Numbered from the stretch's first letter, positions 1 to 14,769 are shown. The stretch is DNA of 64,000 nt from Eledone cirrhosa (GCA_964016885.1 OZ024740.1:58838001-58902000); one strand, 5' to 3'. The notes: generated by a model not told the origin, from the letters alone. Numbers and translations are program-made.

Positions 1-1384
1 AGCGTGGAAAATGGTAGTTAAATTATGAGGATGATGAAGATGATCATGATCATGATCATGATTATATATATATACACATAAATATATATAATAATACAAG
101 GAAGATTTGTTAAGCCTTCATTACATTTATTGTGCGTTTCGCTATTGATCAAGGTTCGATCCGTAATGATCGGGCCCAACTCTGGAATCAAAAGCTTGTC
201 GGATATATATATCATCATCATCATCATCATCACCATTTTACATCCATTCTTCCACACTAGCATGGGTTAATATATATATATTATAGCCATGAAGCAACAT
301 CAGTGACTGAGATCATCACTGCTCAAAAAAGGTAGCCATACATACTATAGAGGATGGGAAATAAGTTGTTTGGAGGAATAGAATGGGGGAGGTAAGAAGG
401 ATGACAGGTATGATGTGATGGGTAAGTGAGGAGGAAGTGGGGATGACAAGTATGTCATGGGTGTATGACAGTTGTGGTAGAGTTTAAAGGGGCAGTGTAA
501 GTTGACAGAGGGATGTGAGAGAGAAAAAGGCATGATCCTAAATAGGGGTGGAGTACAATGTAGATGAAAACAGTTACTAAAGCTATGGCTAATGTATGGG
601 ATTTAAAAGGGGCTGGGAATGATACTGAACAGATTACAGAGTGGTGGATTATAGTCACATTATACACTGGTGGTGAGTTTTCTCCACTACTACAGATTGC
701 CATTGTTTGCAGTGTTTTGTCATCTCTGTCACACACATGCACACATTATCATCTGTGAGAGATGATTGTGTGAGTGTGCGTGTGAAAGAAGGAGAGAAAG
801 GGAGAAATAGAGCCAAATTGAGAGAGAAACTAAGAGTTGAAGAGAAAGAGAGTAAGAATGTTGGACATGAGAAAACATTGAATTTGAAATATTCTGAAAA
901 ACCAAGCAAGATTATATAATATCTATGGGCTCAGTTTGTCTTGCTTGGGGATCTAGCTTGATCAATTGGAGACAGTTGCTCCTGATAGCACCTGCTAGGT
1001 GTGTTTGAAGACTCTGCCCTCACAACCCTCCCAGGAGAAAGGGAAGAAGAAAAAGAATTCTGAGATAGATCTTGATATCACTGTGTCAAATTTTGCCAGA
1101 ATTCATTGAGAAATACCATCATTGTTTCAAAACAAACCATCAAACTTTTGCTTTTTGCTCTAACACATTTTAAAGCTCATTTCATAATTAAAGCACAACC
1201 CAATTTGGGTCACAAACCAGAGATTGAAAGCTGAGGATCTAACAAATCTTAGTACCTCATTTCTCTTTATACTCTACAGATCATATAGATTGAATGTTTC
1301 ACTATTATCCAGCCTAACACATGCTATATAGCCTATTCTTTACAAGTCATGAGAATTACTTTGTTGTCAACAAAAGCAATAGAC

Positions 1385-1643
1385 CACGGGACATCCTCCA
1401 CTGCTTTGTACTTACTGGTCGCTCTCCGACAGGTTTGTGGTTGTACCCTTGGCAGTGGAGACTTCTGGTGTCCTCGGCCCTAGTGCTACCTCCCTACTCA
1501 CCACCATAGGCACTGAGCTGGCCAGCCGCAGGTGTGAGCCTCGCAAGCTGGAATGGCTTTTCCAGTGCGTCTCCCTTGCCGTCCTCCAGGGAAACACCTT
1601 CTCCATTCTGTCCACCTATGGAGAGGCCACCAATATGATTTAA
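1385..1643 (+). mobile_element. 3' fragment of a restriction-like-endonuclease (REL) non-LTR retrotransposon, CRE/R2-like
   Basis: ORF 1437-1643 VVPLAVETSGVLGPSA...LFQCVSLAVLQGN matches the P-x-A-x-E-T-x-G ... Q-R-x-S-x-A-x-Q-R-G-N C-terminal pattern of REL-type LINEs. Confidence 0.65.
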
Positions 1644-1899
1644 CTGACTTGTCATTTTATCAGTCAGATATTTTTAGATATCACCCAGTTAAATATGATT
1701 CATTCTAACTGACCAAGATTGTTTATTATCTGGTTATCAATATCAGAAACTAACCGTAACTCTACTAGACTACATCATTTAGTTCATTGAGCCAATGAGG
1801 GATTGTCTATGTTGTCTCTTGGATGGATAGAAACAGCAGCCAAATATCCTTCAAATCACACACAACCATGTTTAAAACAAGGTAAGATACATAGATTAA

Positions 1900-2120
1900 A
1901 TAATGAATTCTACTATATGCACAAGGCCAGCAATTTGAAGGTGAAGAGGAAAGTCGATTAAATCGACCTCAGTGCATTACTGGTGCTTTATTTTATCGAC
2001 CCCGTAAGGATGACAGGCAAAGCTAACCTCGGCGGGATTTTAACTCAGACCATAAAGGGCCGTTACTCGATGCTGCAAAGCATGGCGTCTGACGCTCTAC
2101 CGATTCTGCCAATCCACATA
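1900..2120 (-). mobile_element. SINE family B (tRNA-like head, Meta/MESC-like core), decayed
   Basis: Reverse complement contains GCCTGTCATCCTTACGGGGTCGATAAAATAAGCACCAGT, shared with copies at 7.9, 9.1, 22.0 and 33-34.8 kb. Confidence 0.75.
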
Positions 2121-2774
2121 CTGTAATCCTAGATACACGTTTTTGAAAATAAGATGTGATGGTCATGGCTGGAACACTGTTGATCATAGGTCTGCTAGAT
2201 CAGATCTAACCTGTGGCTAAACGTCTTGTTTTCCTTGATAATAGTGCTACATCTAGTGAATGAAACAACTGAACAATTAATGAAGTACCTTTCAAGGATG
2301 TTCTTACTGTTAAGTATTGTTGCTCATTAAAAATGACAGTTCAAAGATCTTATGGGTTTTTAGAATTCAGATTGCCTATATACTTTGAAACTAACTCAAA
2401 CAGAATACCATACATCAAAAATGATTAGTGTTCTAATGAATGACATAAGGATAATGAACAGCTATAACATATGGAAACTGAGAAGAAAGTAAATTATACT
2501 GACCAATTTATCAAATTAAAATCATTACGATATAATTATATTTATTATATTTGTAATAGAACTGGCGTGATGTACAGTAAATTGTATAAAGACATTAGTG
2601 AGTTACTTATTAATATAGAGATAAGGAACATTTGAGCATGATGTGAATGACTCATCCAAACCATTCCAGCAGGGAAAATGGAAGTAAAATGATGCTGATA
2701 TTGAGACTGGCCAATGCCTTCTGAATTAATTTAGGAGACAAAAATCTGTAAAAAGGAAGTCCATTGTATATATA

Positions 2775-2821
<47 letters not shown>

Positions 2822-2824
2822 ATA

Positions 2825-3030
2825 CACACTGTAAAATGGTCGTGTAGGCGTCATGGCAAAAATCACCCAGTACTCACTGTAAATGAGGATGGTGCTAGGA
2901 AGGGTATCCAGCTGTAGAAACCAAGCCAAAATTGGTTCTGTATGAGCATGACCTAGCTTTGCTCTCAACAGAATAACTCATCTAACCCATGCCAGCATGG
3001 AAAAATAGACGTTAAACAGTGATGATGATA
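2825..3030 (+). mobile_element. RTE-type SINE/LINE 3' tail fragment
   Basis: GGTGCTAGGAAGGGTATCCAGCTGTAGAAA ... CTAACCCATGCCAGCATGGAAAAATAGACGTTAAAC followed by GAT repeats; same tail as SINE family A. Confidence 0.7.
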
Positions 3031-5111
3031 TATAGTGTGTGTGTGTATTTTGGTCAGGTATCATAGATTTGTAGCTAGATCCGCCGTGTCTTACATGATT
3101 GGCTTTGGACTCAGGAAAGAAAGTACAGTGGTGATTCAAGAACTGAAGTGGGTTATGGAGAAAAGCTTCAGTATGTATATGGCAAAAGCATTTAAATGAA
3201 AGACCAGTGCTGAGAGCTGAGACCAAAGAACAAACCCTCTGCAAGTAGTAAACATTATAACGTCTGGATGAAAGAAATGGTTACAACAACATCACAATTG
3301 TGGTAATAAAGGTATGGATAACAGAGTGGACCATAAAATCTAGACATTCCTTGGTAGCATCAATGCTACTTGGAATCACTTAAGGGAGTGATACTGTTGG
3401 GGGGGGGGGTGCTGAAACCAGAGAGATCTCCAGCTGAAGAAGAGAATTTCCTTCAAGCTGTATGTAGAATATAGATAGATATTTTTAGAAGATGTTTTTC
3501 TCTGTTAGAGTATGGGTTAGCTTTGTAGGTCACATGTCAGGTTTCACACTCATCATGGGGTCTTTTTTAAGGCAATGCTTTATGGTCAGATGCCCTTTTA
3601 GGTGCTAACCTTTTGTCACCTCATGGACATTGTGTATTTGTTATTAGTTGAATAACACTGGGCTTGACATGTGGTGTTGTGATATCCTAGGATCTCCTAG
3701 ATATGACTTAGAGATGTTGTCAACAGTAACAGGCATATCGAGGATTTTAATTTAAATAACAATGATGAATATTCACACAATAAGTATGTATAGGGAGACT
3801 GGGGTGACAAACGCCTAGAAACATTAGAAATTACAGTTGTATATGACAGGGAAATATTGCTGTATCCCTCAACTCTTAAGTATATATATATATAGAGAGA
3901 GAGACAAGCCATCCTACTAGTGTGGAAAATGGACGTTAAACGGTGATGATGATATAAATTGATAGATAGATAATTAGATAGGTAGTATCAGCAGCAGTGA
4001 TGGTGGTGGCAGTGGTGTTGACAGCAACAGTGGCACCAGTAGCAGAAATAGTTGTAACAGTTTCAGTAATAGTTGTAGTAGCAGCTGTGGTGGTGACAGT
4101 GGTACTAGTAGTAGTAGTAGCAGTAGTAATAGAGAACTGAAAATACAAAAACAATTTCAAAGTTTTCGGAAAAAACTCTGAAAAACGGAAATTTTTCATT
4201 TTCTTTATTTTCCTTCATTTTTATTTTCCATAGATTATTAACAAGATGTTTTGTTCATGAGATATAATTGTTAAAAATTGGTATGCCAGGGAGATGTTCT
4301 TTAACGAAGAACTTTCAAATTTTTTTTGGTTTTTTCATATTCCATTATTTGCACCTTATTCAATGCAATAATTGCACAAATCCCCTTGCTCATACAGGAG
4401 CTGTAAACATTCTTATATTAAGAAAAATACTTTTTTAAATCATTAAGAGAATTCAATTAACAGCATTTTTATTTTTAGATATTTTATCATCATTATCATC
4501 AAGGTTGTTTAGACAATTGTGGTTTTCCAGTTAATTTATTTATTGTTTCTAAGCAAGTGAGTTGCTGAGTCATATAGATGAGCAGTTCTGCTCTTTTGGT
4601 GTTGTTACCATGTTCAACTTGGAGTTTGTGTGTGTGTGTGTGAGTGTGTATGTGTGTATGAGTATGTTGAACCTCTGTTGGTTCTGATGATCACTGTTCC
4701 AGCTATTTAAACAATGGAATGGCCTGCTCATGAAATGATAGTGTAAGTAACTGAGCATTCCACAGGCACGCGTATACTTGATGTAGTTCTTGGGGACACT
4801 CAGTATGACACCGGTACAACTCATTCTTGCTAGCTGGACGGGAGCAATGTGAAATAAAGTATTTTGCCCAAGGTCACAAAGTGCTGCCGGGAATCAAACT
4901 CATGACCTTACTGTCATGAGCTGAACTCTCTAACCACTAAACTATGTACCTTCACTCGACTTTGTATGAGAAACAAATATTCAGCTAGCTTAGTCTTTAA
5001 ATGTTTACCTTCTGTAAAGTACTTTGTTTCAAATATGGTAGGTTATTATTACAAATTTGCAATATGGCTAAGAGAAAGGACCTTAGAATAACATTAGTAT
5101 TACTATATCTA

Positions 5112-5252
5112 CAGGGTTGGATTAACCATTAAATAAAACTAGTACATGCTTAGGGTATTCCTTCAAAAAAGATTTTGCAGACTTTATATATGGGGTGGGG
5201 ACACCATAGTCTTTTAAGTACTTAGATCTTCAAAGGACTTAATCTGACCTTG
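5112..5252. mobile_element. Non-autonomous DNA transposon (MITE), hAT-like, related to 9052-9436
   Basis: Imperfect TIRs CAGGGTTGGATTAA / TTAATCTGACCTTG. Confidence 0.5.
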
Positions 5253-5399
5253 CATATGTGGGTTCTTTTCAGTAGTATCTTGCTTAATTGGTAAAATTAA
5301 TGTGACATAACTATAGGACAATTCAGGTTCCAATATAACAATAGACGGTTCTCTATTTTATTCCTTCTAATATACTAGAATACTGGATGTCATGGGAAG

Positions 5400-5870
5400 T
5401 TTATCTGACACCATCTTTTATACCAGGATAATGTTTTATATAGAGACATCATGTGTGTGCAATTTACACATCTCATACCAAACATGTACTGCATCCATAA
5501 AGACCTCTGAATCAAATTCCTCATATGGGATGCCCTTATCAATAACTCTTTTGCACTTTCACACATCCTAGATGTTGCAGCAAAGTTAGGGGTTTGTTGC
5601 ATCTCTAGTTGAATTAAATAAACTTCTAAAATACCATGGTTTATCAGTAAACTACATTGTTCAGCCTGTGGCATTTAAGATGTTTGGAGAAGCTGGGGTG
5701 CTGACAAGTTTTTATCATTGTCGGCAGCTTGCTTGACAGAAATATCTGATGATGTTCATGATGGTGCTTGGCTTTCATTCTAACACCTTAATCTAGCTAT
5801 GACCTGTGATATTACCATGAGTTCTTAGCTTGCCTCAAACATTTTTAGAAGGAAACACCAGCATTTCTTT
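5400..5870 (+). mobile_element. Decayed REL-endonuclease LINE 3' fragment (CRE-like)
   Basis: Broken + frames give LIWDALINNSFALSH and PVAFKMFGEAG, homologous to the LVWDAT..DTFA.SH ... PVAVETSG pattern also seen at 1437. Confidence 0.45.
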
Positions 5871-7160
5871 TTGTAACGTGTAATTAGATATGCATGTCTT
5901 CTCACATGTTTTGTTTAACTTTTATTGACTTCTTTCTTTTGCAAATCATATTTATTATAAATTGTTCCTGTCTACCTGAGAGGTCAGTGGCTCTGATTAA
6001 GTACTGATTTGGTCTGTAATGACCCATCCAACTCTTGCTAGCAAAGGAAACATGTTAAATGATGATGATGATATGGTAATATTTACAATATATTTTCAAA
6101 ATAATTAATAGGCATATATATTTTACCTTTGTAAATAAAGTGAAAGTTATTTCAGACAATTCTAAACAGAGCTCATTCAAGAGACAGTTCATTGTAAATC
6201 AAGTTAGTACTTAATCAGAGCTACTGTCATCCTAGATGAACCAATGATCATGTTTTCTTTACATACATTTCAAGTTTGGTATGGTCTCTAAAGTATAGTG
6301 AGAGTATTTTATCATGGCACTAGCACTAAAGAAGTTATCATGTAGTTGACGTGACTGAGGAATCCCCTCAACCCTGTTTGACACACACACACATATTTAT
6401 ATTTGAGTATGTGTATATATATATATATATTATTGTTATTATTATTATTATTATTTGCTACAACTGTTTCACTGACCTTTTTTTTTTTTTTTTTGTATAT
6501 ACCCTAGTCTGTTGCTGTTTAGCTTAAGCCAGCTCTGATTGAGCAGACCTATGATCAAAGGCATTCTACCAATGACCATCATGTCTCTTTTCAAAAATTA
6601 TATATCCAGTGAGGTTTTTTTGTTTTTTTTTAAACTGAAGAATGTGATATGAAAGAGATTTGGCTGCTTCTTTTAACAGGCTCTCTCATTGGTACATTCT
6701 TTTGTGCTGCTCTTTGACTGTTCAAGTTTAATCATTTGTCCCATTTTTGTTATTGATAGAAGAGGAAGTATATTCCTTACCAACTTCTTATGGGGTATAT
6801 TAAAGTTTATGTTATCTTAATCTATGTGGAAATGAGTGCAAAACTTAGGTTTACACCAAATCCCTAGAAATGTCTAGGCTATATATTATAAATTGACTTT
6901 CTGACAAACTAAATTTCATTTTAGTATCTGATTTTGATATTAATAATTTTTCCTATGCAAATCTCTTATCATTATCTCTACCTGTAGTTATATTACATTA
7001 TATTTAACTTCACTTAATAGTATTCAGTGTATATAACTTATGAAGAATCTTATTTGAAACTCAAATATATTTGTAAATTTCTTTTCACAGTGGTTTGTTA
7101 TATTTGCTCTCTAACAGAGTTAAACTTTCATATATATATTTTATATGAATTCTTGCATAT

Positions 7161-7215
7161 TATTCTGCTTAATAATATATTCTGCTTAATAATATATTCT
7201 GCTTAATAATATATT
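7161..7215. repeat. 17-bp tandem repeat, 3 copies
   Basis: TATTCTGCTTAATAATA x3 plus a partial copy. Confidence 0.9.
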
Positions 7216-7929
7216 TTGTTTCTACTACCATTGGCTATCTGAAATATCTACGTTTCATAATTATTGCCTTTTCATGCTATTCTTTCTATTCGCAGCTACA
7301 TGCTAGAAAATTGTCTCCTTAACTGCAATTTTTATCCTATAACCCATATTTCAAGATGCCAAATAATAAATTAGTTCCCCACTGTCTCCCTATCCTTTTT
7401 TATCAATGCTGCCTTATGACAAAATTCTCTATATAGCTTCCGGCTATAGATTTATGTTTTCTCATTAGAGATATATAATTTTATGGTAAAACCTATCACT
7501 ATGAAAGTGATTTATACTTGTGTGAAATCTGTTAGGATTCTGAAATACTCAATAGAATATAGTTTTGTTTTGCAAACTTTTAGCTACTTTTTAGATATTT
7601 CAGCACATATATAAATTCATCACTGAAATGATTAATCTCAAAATTAATATGCCTACCTGTTTTACAGTTTTTATATTTTTTTTTACCTTTCCTCATAGCA
7701 ACACATAATGGAGCCAGATATCTTCTCATTTCTTAATTTGTTCTTAACTCTTCATTTTACTCCAATCCAAGCCCAAACATTTCAATGTTTTAGTATGTCC
7801 TGAAAAACTTTGTTACTACTTTAGTTATAGATTGTGCCACATGTCTCCTCAACCATGTAACATCATGATGACAAAAATTCTTACACCTGCATTTTGTCTC
7901 TCAATTAGATTCTCATAATTATCAATGAA

Positions 7930-8130
7930 ATAATAATAATTGTTTCTACTTTTGGCACAAGGTCAGCAATTACCCAGTGCATTACTGGTACTTTATTTTA
8001 TCGACCCCCATAAGGATGAAAGGCAAAGTTAACCTCGGCGGGATTTGAACTCAGAATGGCAAGGGCCGTAACTCTATGCGTCAAAGCATAGCGTCCAACC
8101 CTCTACTGATACTGCCAATCCACCGTCCTA
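7930..8130 (-). mobile_element. SINE family B
   Basis: Reverse complement: GGATTGGCAGTATCAGTAGAG ... GAGTTCAAATCCCGCCGAGGTTAACTTTGCCTTTCATCCTTATGGGGTCGATAAAATAAAGTACCAG ... AGAAACAATTATTATT. Confidence 0.85.
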
Positions 8131-9051
8131 ATTAAATAATAATAATAATTACAGTCCACACTGTAAAGTGGTTGTGTAGATGTCACGACCAAAAGCACCC
8201 AGTATTCATTGTAAATGAGGTTGGCATTAGGAAGGGCATTCAGCTGTAGAAACCAAGCCAAAATCAGTTCTGTATAAGCAATACATGGTCACATGACCTA
8301 GCATTGCCGACAACAGGACAACTCGTCTAACCCATGCTAGTGTGGGAAAATGGATGTAAAACGGTGATGATGGTTAGTGGTTGTTGTTGTTGTTTGGTAT
8401 ATATATATTCCAAACAAAGTGTTGGAATATCTCTTCAGCTGTGTCATAAAAATTACAACCTCCTTAGTGCTAGTGCCATGATAAAATGCACTTGGAAGAA
8501 TGTGGGAATGTATGTAAGTGAGATGCAAGCTGCCAGTTCATCTGTGCCCTTCGTAGAGCATTCAAACATGAGTGAAATGCAGCCCACCTCTTCTGGCCCA
8601 TTTGAGAAGTTAGTAACTCTGCTTGAGTACTGACTTGGTCTGTGACGACCCAACCAACTCTTGGTAATAGGGAAAATGGACATTAAATGATGATGATGAT
8701 GATGAGATGTAACCTCTACATTATCTCATTTGTTAAACCCAACTTACTAATATATAACTCTTCTAACACTTCTTTGGTTATTCCATCACTAGTTTACATA
8801 TCACTCATTGATAAAGCATGCCTGTACTTGTGTAGTTACCAATATATCTTGCAAGTACATCTCCCATGATTCATTGCTGATGTTTCACTTCTCTGAAAAA
8901 TTGGGTTTTATATGAAGGAACAGTGTTATCAACAAAGGTCAGAGTTTCGTAAAGTTCTCATAAAGAACATCAGCCATATTAATCTCAATATTACCAGTCA
9001 CAGAGTCTGCAAACAATTAAAAAAGTAAGGAAGAATATCAGTGCCTGCAGC

Positions 9052-9436
9052 CAGGGCCAGATTAAGACCTTTAGAGGCCCTAAGCACTAACTAAATTGTA
9101 AGAGGCTCCCTTTTATGGGTTCTGGTTTAGCTGCATTATTACATCTAATTGGCAGTATCGGTAGAGGGTCGGACGCCATGCTTTCCAGCATAGTTACATC
9201 CCTTTACAGTCTGAGTTCAAATCCCGCCGACGTTAACTTTGCCTTTCATCCTTATGGGGTTGATAAAATAAAGCACCAGTAATACACTGGGATAATTGCT
9301 GGCCTTGTGCCAAAAGTAGAAACAATTATTACACCATGGTCCAATGTAAATCCAGCAATGGAAAAAAAAACTCTATGAGGCCCCGCTTGAGGCCCTAAGC
9401 ATATGTTTATTTTGTTTAATGGTTAATCCAAGGCTG
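9052..9436. mobile_element. hAT-like MITE with a nested family B SINE (about 9148-9330, +)
   Basis: TIRs CAGGGCCAGATTAA / TTAATCCAAGGCTG; 8-bp TSD CCTGCAGC / CCTACAGC. Confidence 0.7.
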
Positions 9437-9882
9437 CCTACAGCCTTCACAGGCCTCTGAGTATTTAGATCAATACATTTGATGTTTAACTTGACTTTTG
9501 TAGGTTGATATTTGTAGAGAAAGTATGGTCTGGGGTGGGGAGAAGTTGCAGTGGTAGGAAGAAAGGCTTAGTTGTAGGCTTCATTATAGGGTTTTGGAAA
9601 TGGCAGGAGGAGAAGTAGAAGAAGAGGATGCTTCAATTGGGTTTTTTGGCAAGAGTAAATAGACAGCTTGCTATTTCTGAGAAGCGGAAACCATTGTAGT
9701 AAGGGCAGGCATGTCCGTAGGCTAGTAGTTGTAGTGTGTTGGTGAGTGAATGTTTACTAATCAATAAGATGGTTTATTTTGGGGTGTGATCTGAAATGTT
9801 ATTAAGTATAGTCATTTCTCTATCTCAGATGTGTGAACAGTATTTGTATGATGGTTCATACAAATTTTGATATATCATTTAA

Positions 9883-10622
9883 CCCTTTTATTACCATATT
9901 TCTAATGATAGAGACTGTTTATAATTTTTAAATGATTTTGAAAATTATCAGAAATTTGGTTGAATTTAGTTATATAACTAACTGTCTAACCCATGCAAGC
10001 ATGGAAAACTGATGTTAAAAAGAGGTGATGATGATGATTTCTCATTGTTAAGTTGGTGTTTGAAGTATAACTTAAAAAAGATTTATACATAAAATTATGA
10101 TGGAAGGTTTTTAAATAAATATAAACACTTTAGGCACATAGCTTAGTGGTTAGAGCATTGGGCTTGCAATCGAAAGGTTGTGAGTTCAATTCTCAGACCG
10201 GGTGATGTGTTGTTTCCTTGAGCAAGACACTTTATTTCACATTGCTTCAGTTAATTCAGCCGTAGAAATGAGATGTTAGGACTGGAGTCCCTATCATTCC
10301 ACTGCAAAGTTGTCGTGGAGGTGCCACGGCAGAAAAGCACCCAGCCCACACTGTAAAGTGGACGTGTAGGCGCCACGGAAAAAAAAGCACCCAGCACTCA
10401 CTGTAAATGAGGTTGGTGTTAGGAAAGGCATCCAGCTGTAGAAATCAAGCCAGAATCAGTTCCTGTATGAGCAAGACAAAGTCAGCCGACCGGACACTGA
10501 CCACAACAGGACAACCCGTCTAACCATTGCTAGCGTGGAAGAACGGACGTAAAAAGGTGATGATGATTTAAGACCAACAGTTTTGTTTCAAATAACCAGG
10601 GGGCGGTTTGATATCAAAAAGG
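9883..10622. mobile_element. Degenerate piggyBac-type MITE hosting a SINE
   Basis: Left end TTAA-CCCTTTTATTACC; degenerate right end GATATCAAAAAGG-CTAA. Confidence 0.4.
10132..10567 (+). mobile_element. SINE family A (tRNA-derived head, CORE-like domain, RTE-derived tail)
   Basis: Box A TAGCTTAGTGG, box B GAGTTCAATTC, CORE/MIR-like CCTTGAGCAAGACACTTTATTTCACATTGCTTCAGTT, GAT-repeat end. Confidence 0.9.
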
Positions 10623-11157
10623 CTAAATATTTGAGATTTCCTTATAAATATTACATTGTATTAAGTACCTAGCTTCTTTCTGGATACTGTGCTTGGTTAT
10701 TTGTTGGACTGTTGATATCTCTATTTGTACCTTGCATTCCAGATTTGTACTTTCAGAAACCCTCTAAAGTGATCAATTTACTCAGAACTTTCTTATATTC
10801 GAATTATCTATTTCGTTTACCCCTTTTGAAATACTCTTATATTTTTTTCATAGATAAACAAACCTGAAAAGTTGAAGATTTCTTTTAAAGAGACTAAAAT
10901 ATACAATAGACCTAGATCTTATGCATGTTTAAACAAACTAACAGATGCATGAAAAAAATCAATGTTGACAAGTAATACATGTAACATTCATAAATATTCC
11001 TGTTTCTCACACATATCCAGCTAAAATATTTGTTATCAAATACCATGCTTCAGTTCCATTCATCTAACACATGAAAAGCATAAAAGTAGAAGAAAAATTA
11101 TACACACCTTGTGGGCATTATTTACAAGCATAGTATTTAGATTGATATATCTATATC

Positions 11158-11188
<31 letters not shown>

Positions 11189-11262
11189 CCATCTAACCCA
11201 TGCTAGCATGGAAAATGGATGTTAAATGATGATGATGATGATGAATATATATATCTATATAT

Positions 11263-11610
11263 GGAGGCACATGGCTTAGTGGTTAGAGCATTGGCCTTGC
11301 AATCGAAAGGTTGTGAGTTGAATTCTTGGACCGAGTTATGTTTTGTTTCCTTGAGCAAGACACTTTATTTCACATTGCTCCAGTTTACTCAGCTGTAGAA
11401 ATGAGATGATAGGGACTGGGGGTCCCTATCATTCCACTGCAAAGTGGATGCGGAGGAGCCACGGAAAAAAAGCACCCAGCACTCACTGTAAATGAGGTTG
11501 GTGTTAGGAAGGGCATCCAACTGTAGAAATCAAGCCAGAATCAGTTCCCGTACCACCCTTGCAAGCAGGGAAAAGCGGACGTAAAATGATGATGATGATG
11601 ATGATGATGA
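11263..11610 (+). mobile_element. SINE family A
   Basis: GGAGGCACATGGCTTAGTGGTTAGAGC head, CORE-like domain, tail CCACCCTTGCAAGCAGGGAAAAGCGGACGTAAAA(TGA)n. Confidence 0.9.
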
Positions 11611-11766
11611 TTGCAGTGAATTGGCAGATTGTTAGGATGTTGGATAAAATGCTTTGTATTGATTCTGGCTCTTTGAGTTCATATCCTACCAAGGTTAACT
11701 TTGCCTTTCATCCTTTTGAGGATAATAATTCTTTCTCTATATTTTTCTCACTTCCTTTATCCTAAC

Positions 11767-12007
<241 letters not shown>

Positions 12008-12174
12008 TAAGAAACCAACTATGTTCCAGCCTGGAGAGGGGATGGGCTCTGCCAGGTTTAAAATGCCCTGTTTATCATGACAGTGCTCCTACTGCTCCAT
12101 TGGGAGTGAAGGGTCCATTCTTACATACACACACACTCATGCATGCATACATACATGCATACACACATACATAC

Positions 12175-12465
12175 AGGGTAAAGGGCAAAGACCCCCTTCG
12201 ATCACGAATGACCATGGGATTTGCACCTAGAAAGTTCTCCTCTGAGGCACAAGTCTGGGCAAGGTTGTTTGTGGAAGACTAGCAGTCTCCCATACATACC
12301 AGCCTCCCTTCTCCACGTGACCAACGTTGTCCAATACAGCTTGGCACCAGTGACATCTACTGCTGACTAAGCTGGAGCAATGGGGAAATAAAGTGTTTTG
12401 ATCAGGGACACAATGCATCACCCAGTCTGAGAATTGAACTCACAACCTTAAGCCATATGCCTTCA
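12175..12465 (-). mobile_element. Family A-related CORE SINE with a different 3' tail
   Basis: Reverse complement has a truncated tRNA head and CORE (CACTTTATTTCCCCATTGCTCCAG); the tail ends GGGGTCTTTGCCCTTTACCCT rather than the RTE/GAT tail. Confidence 0.65.
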
Positions 12466-14769
12466 TATTATATATATATATACAAACTTAAACCTACAGT
12501 CAGTAGGCACCTCTTGCCGTTGAAAACCTGCCAGAGACAGTTCTGTATGAGCGAGACATGGTCTCCCAACTAATCCCGCATCAAGTGGAACAAAACTGTC
12601 TAACCCATGCTAGCGTGGAAGATGGACGTTAAATGATGATGATGATGATGATAATGATTATATATATAATATATATATATATATATACACACCCACACAT
12701 CTTTATAACCATAGTATACAAATCATATATCAATTTTATCACAAACTAAAACCACTAGAAATTCTTCTAAGGCTTCTTCAAAAATCACAGTAAACTTTAG
12801 AATAATCTTCTGTGTGATAATCATATTTAAGTGTTGAGCTACCTCCAATAATCTCTCTCTCTCACACTCTCTCTCTCTCTCTCTTTCATTCACGCATCCA
12901 TTCATTAATTCATTCACACATTCATTCATACATTTAGTTTATTATGACTGTCACACTTAACTCAACACAAACATCAAAGTGTAGCATGCTTGATATACTG
13001 TCAGTGAAGGAAAAAACAATAATATATCACATTTCTTTATTTATTTATTTGCTGTTATCAGCTGTTTAATTATCTGTGCTTTAATTGACAAAAGTTTATC
13101 AGTGAGTGCAACATTAACAAGCCTTTTAAAAATATGCCTGTTTAATAGGTAAAGTATGTCTTCTCAGACAGCCTGCAAATTCTTGTCAGTTTAACTAGTA
13201 GTCAGCAAATTCACTCCACTTCCTCATCTACTATAACTATATCATTTTCTGCTCCTCAGTGCTATCCATTTTCATCCCAACCCACTTAATATGATTACAT
13301 AACTCCCACTGCTTTTCTGTATCTCTCTGCTAAAACACAATATTAAATAGCCTGCTCAGTCTCTCTCTGAAAAATATCACTTTGTAGAATGAATGACTCA
13401 TTACAAAATAAATATTACCTACTTCTGACTAGTGTAACTTATAACTGATCATTCTTTTACTCCTGGTGTGCTCTTAGAACTGATAGTAAAACCCATATAG
13501 ATAGATGGCTCTTATATGTTCAATGTAAAAAGAATTCCCATTAAAAGAGAAATTATCATACGTTTAAGTTTTGATTTCTCAGCTAATCTTCATAAGTTTA
13601 TCTTGTCTTTTTTTTTTTAACTTCTTAACCAGAAATTGGAGCATTTTTATACAACTTCTTTTACACTTTATTATCACCAGAGAAATTTCTAGCTTCATTT
13701 TTAGTTTCATTGATACATTTACCTGATTATATCTGCTTTACATGTCTAAAAGATTTTTAGCTTGTGATGATAACTGATTTTCCCAAGAGATAAGTGTTTA
13801 GAAAACTGGATATTATAAATAACACTACTAAATATATTTTATCTTTATTTTCAACCTTTTAGCTACATGATTTTATGTATATTTTTAATGGTATGAATGC
13901 ATGTGTATGTTTTTGCTGTATGTGTTTTATTACCCTGCAAAGCGATCTGTATTTAAATATATACGTTTTCCTGTGTATTTAAATCCACAGCTATGTTTAT
14001 TTGAATGTACTATATTATTATGTCTCTATGTCTATGTGTGTGTGTATATATATATATACTTGAGCATATCTGAACATATTCCCACATATATACACATACT
14101 TGTATGTATATAAATCATACATATACATTTCTAGGTTTAGATCAGAAGATATTTTTCTCTATATATGTATCAGCTTCTATATTTTGAGCATAAATTTATA
14201 ATTTGATCACATATTGAATTTTTATTATTAGAGCTTCTATATTGCATGAAATAAGTAACATTTTCATTATCTTCCTGTTTTCTTTCTTCTATTGGGTACA
14301 TTTACTGCCATTATTAGCTTGTTCATTGAACAGGAAGACCAGTCTGCTTTTAGTTAAAAGTAGGAAGTACAACTGATGTCTCGTTTATCTTCACTCTTAC
14401 TTAGCGCTCTGTACCAATGTAGACATAGTCACAAAAGAGGAATGGTATTTGGTTAGAAGAAAATATCAATTCCTAAAACTGTAAAGAATAAAATAAAAAA
14501 ATGTAGTCATGTTGTGAAAAAGGTTTCTATTTCAAATGGGAAACTACTTAATGTTTTGAAAACAGTTATAAATAGAGAAAAAATACCGAGAGCACATTGC
14601 ATCTGGCAAAATACTTAACTTGAAATTGTCCATGAGGAAGTGTTGAAAATGACGCAAAACAATTATGCATAGACACATACATCCAGACAGATACACACAC
14701 ACACACATATATATGTATATGTTTATATGTATGTGTATATATATATATATAATATATATATATATATAT

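Noticed and set aside
3030-3530. Possible ancient CR1/L2 RT remnant on the minus strand (similar traces at 330-680)
   Set aside because: Too decayed to recover diagnostic motifs reliably by eye
11263-11335. tRNA gene
   Set aside because: The A/B boxes belong to a multi-copy SINE head that continues into CORE and LINE-derived sequence; no complete cloverleaf
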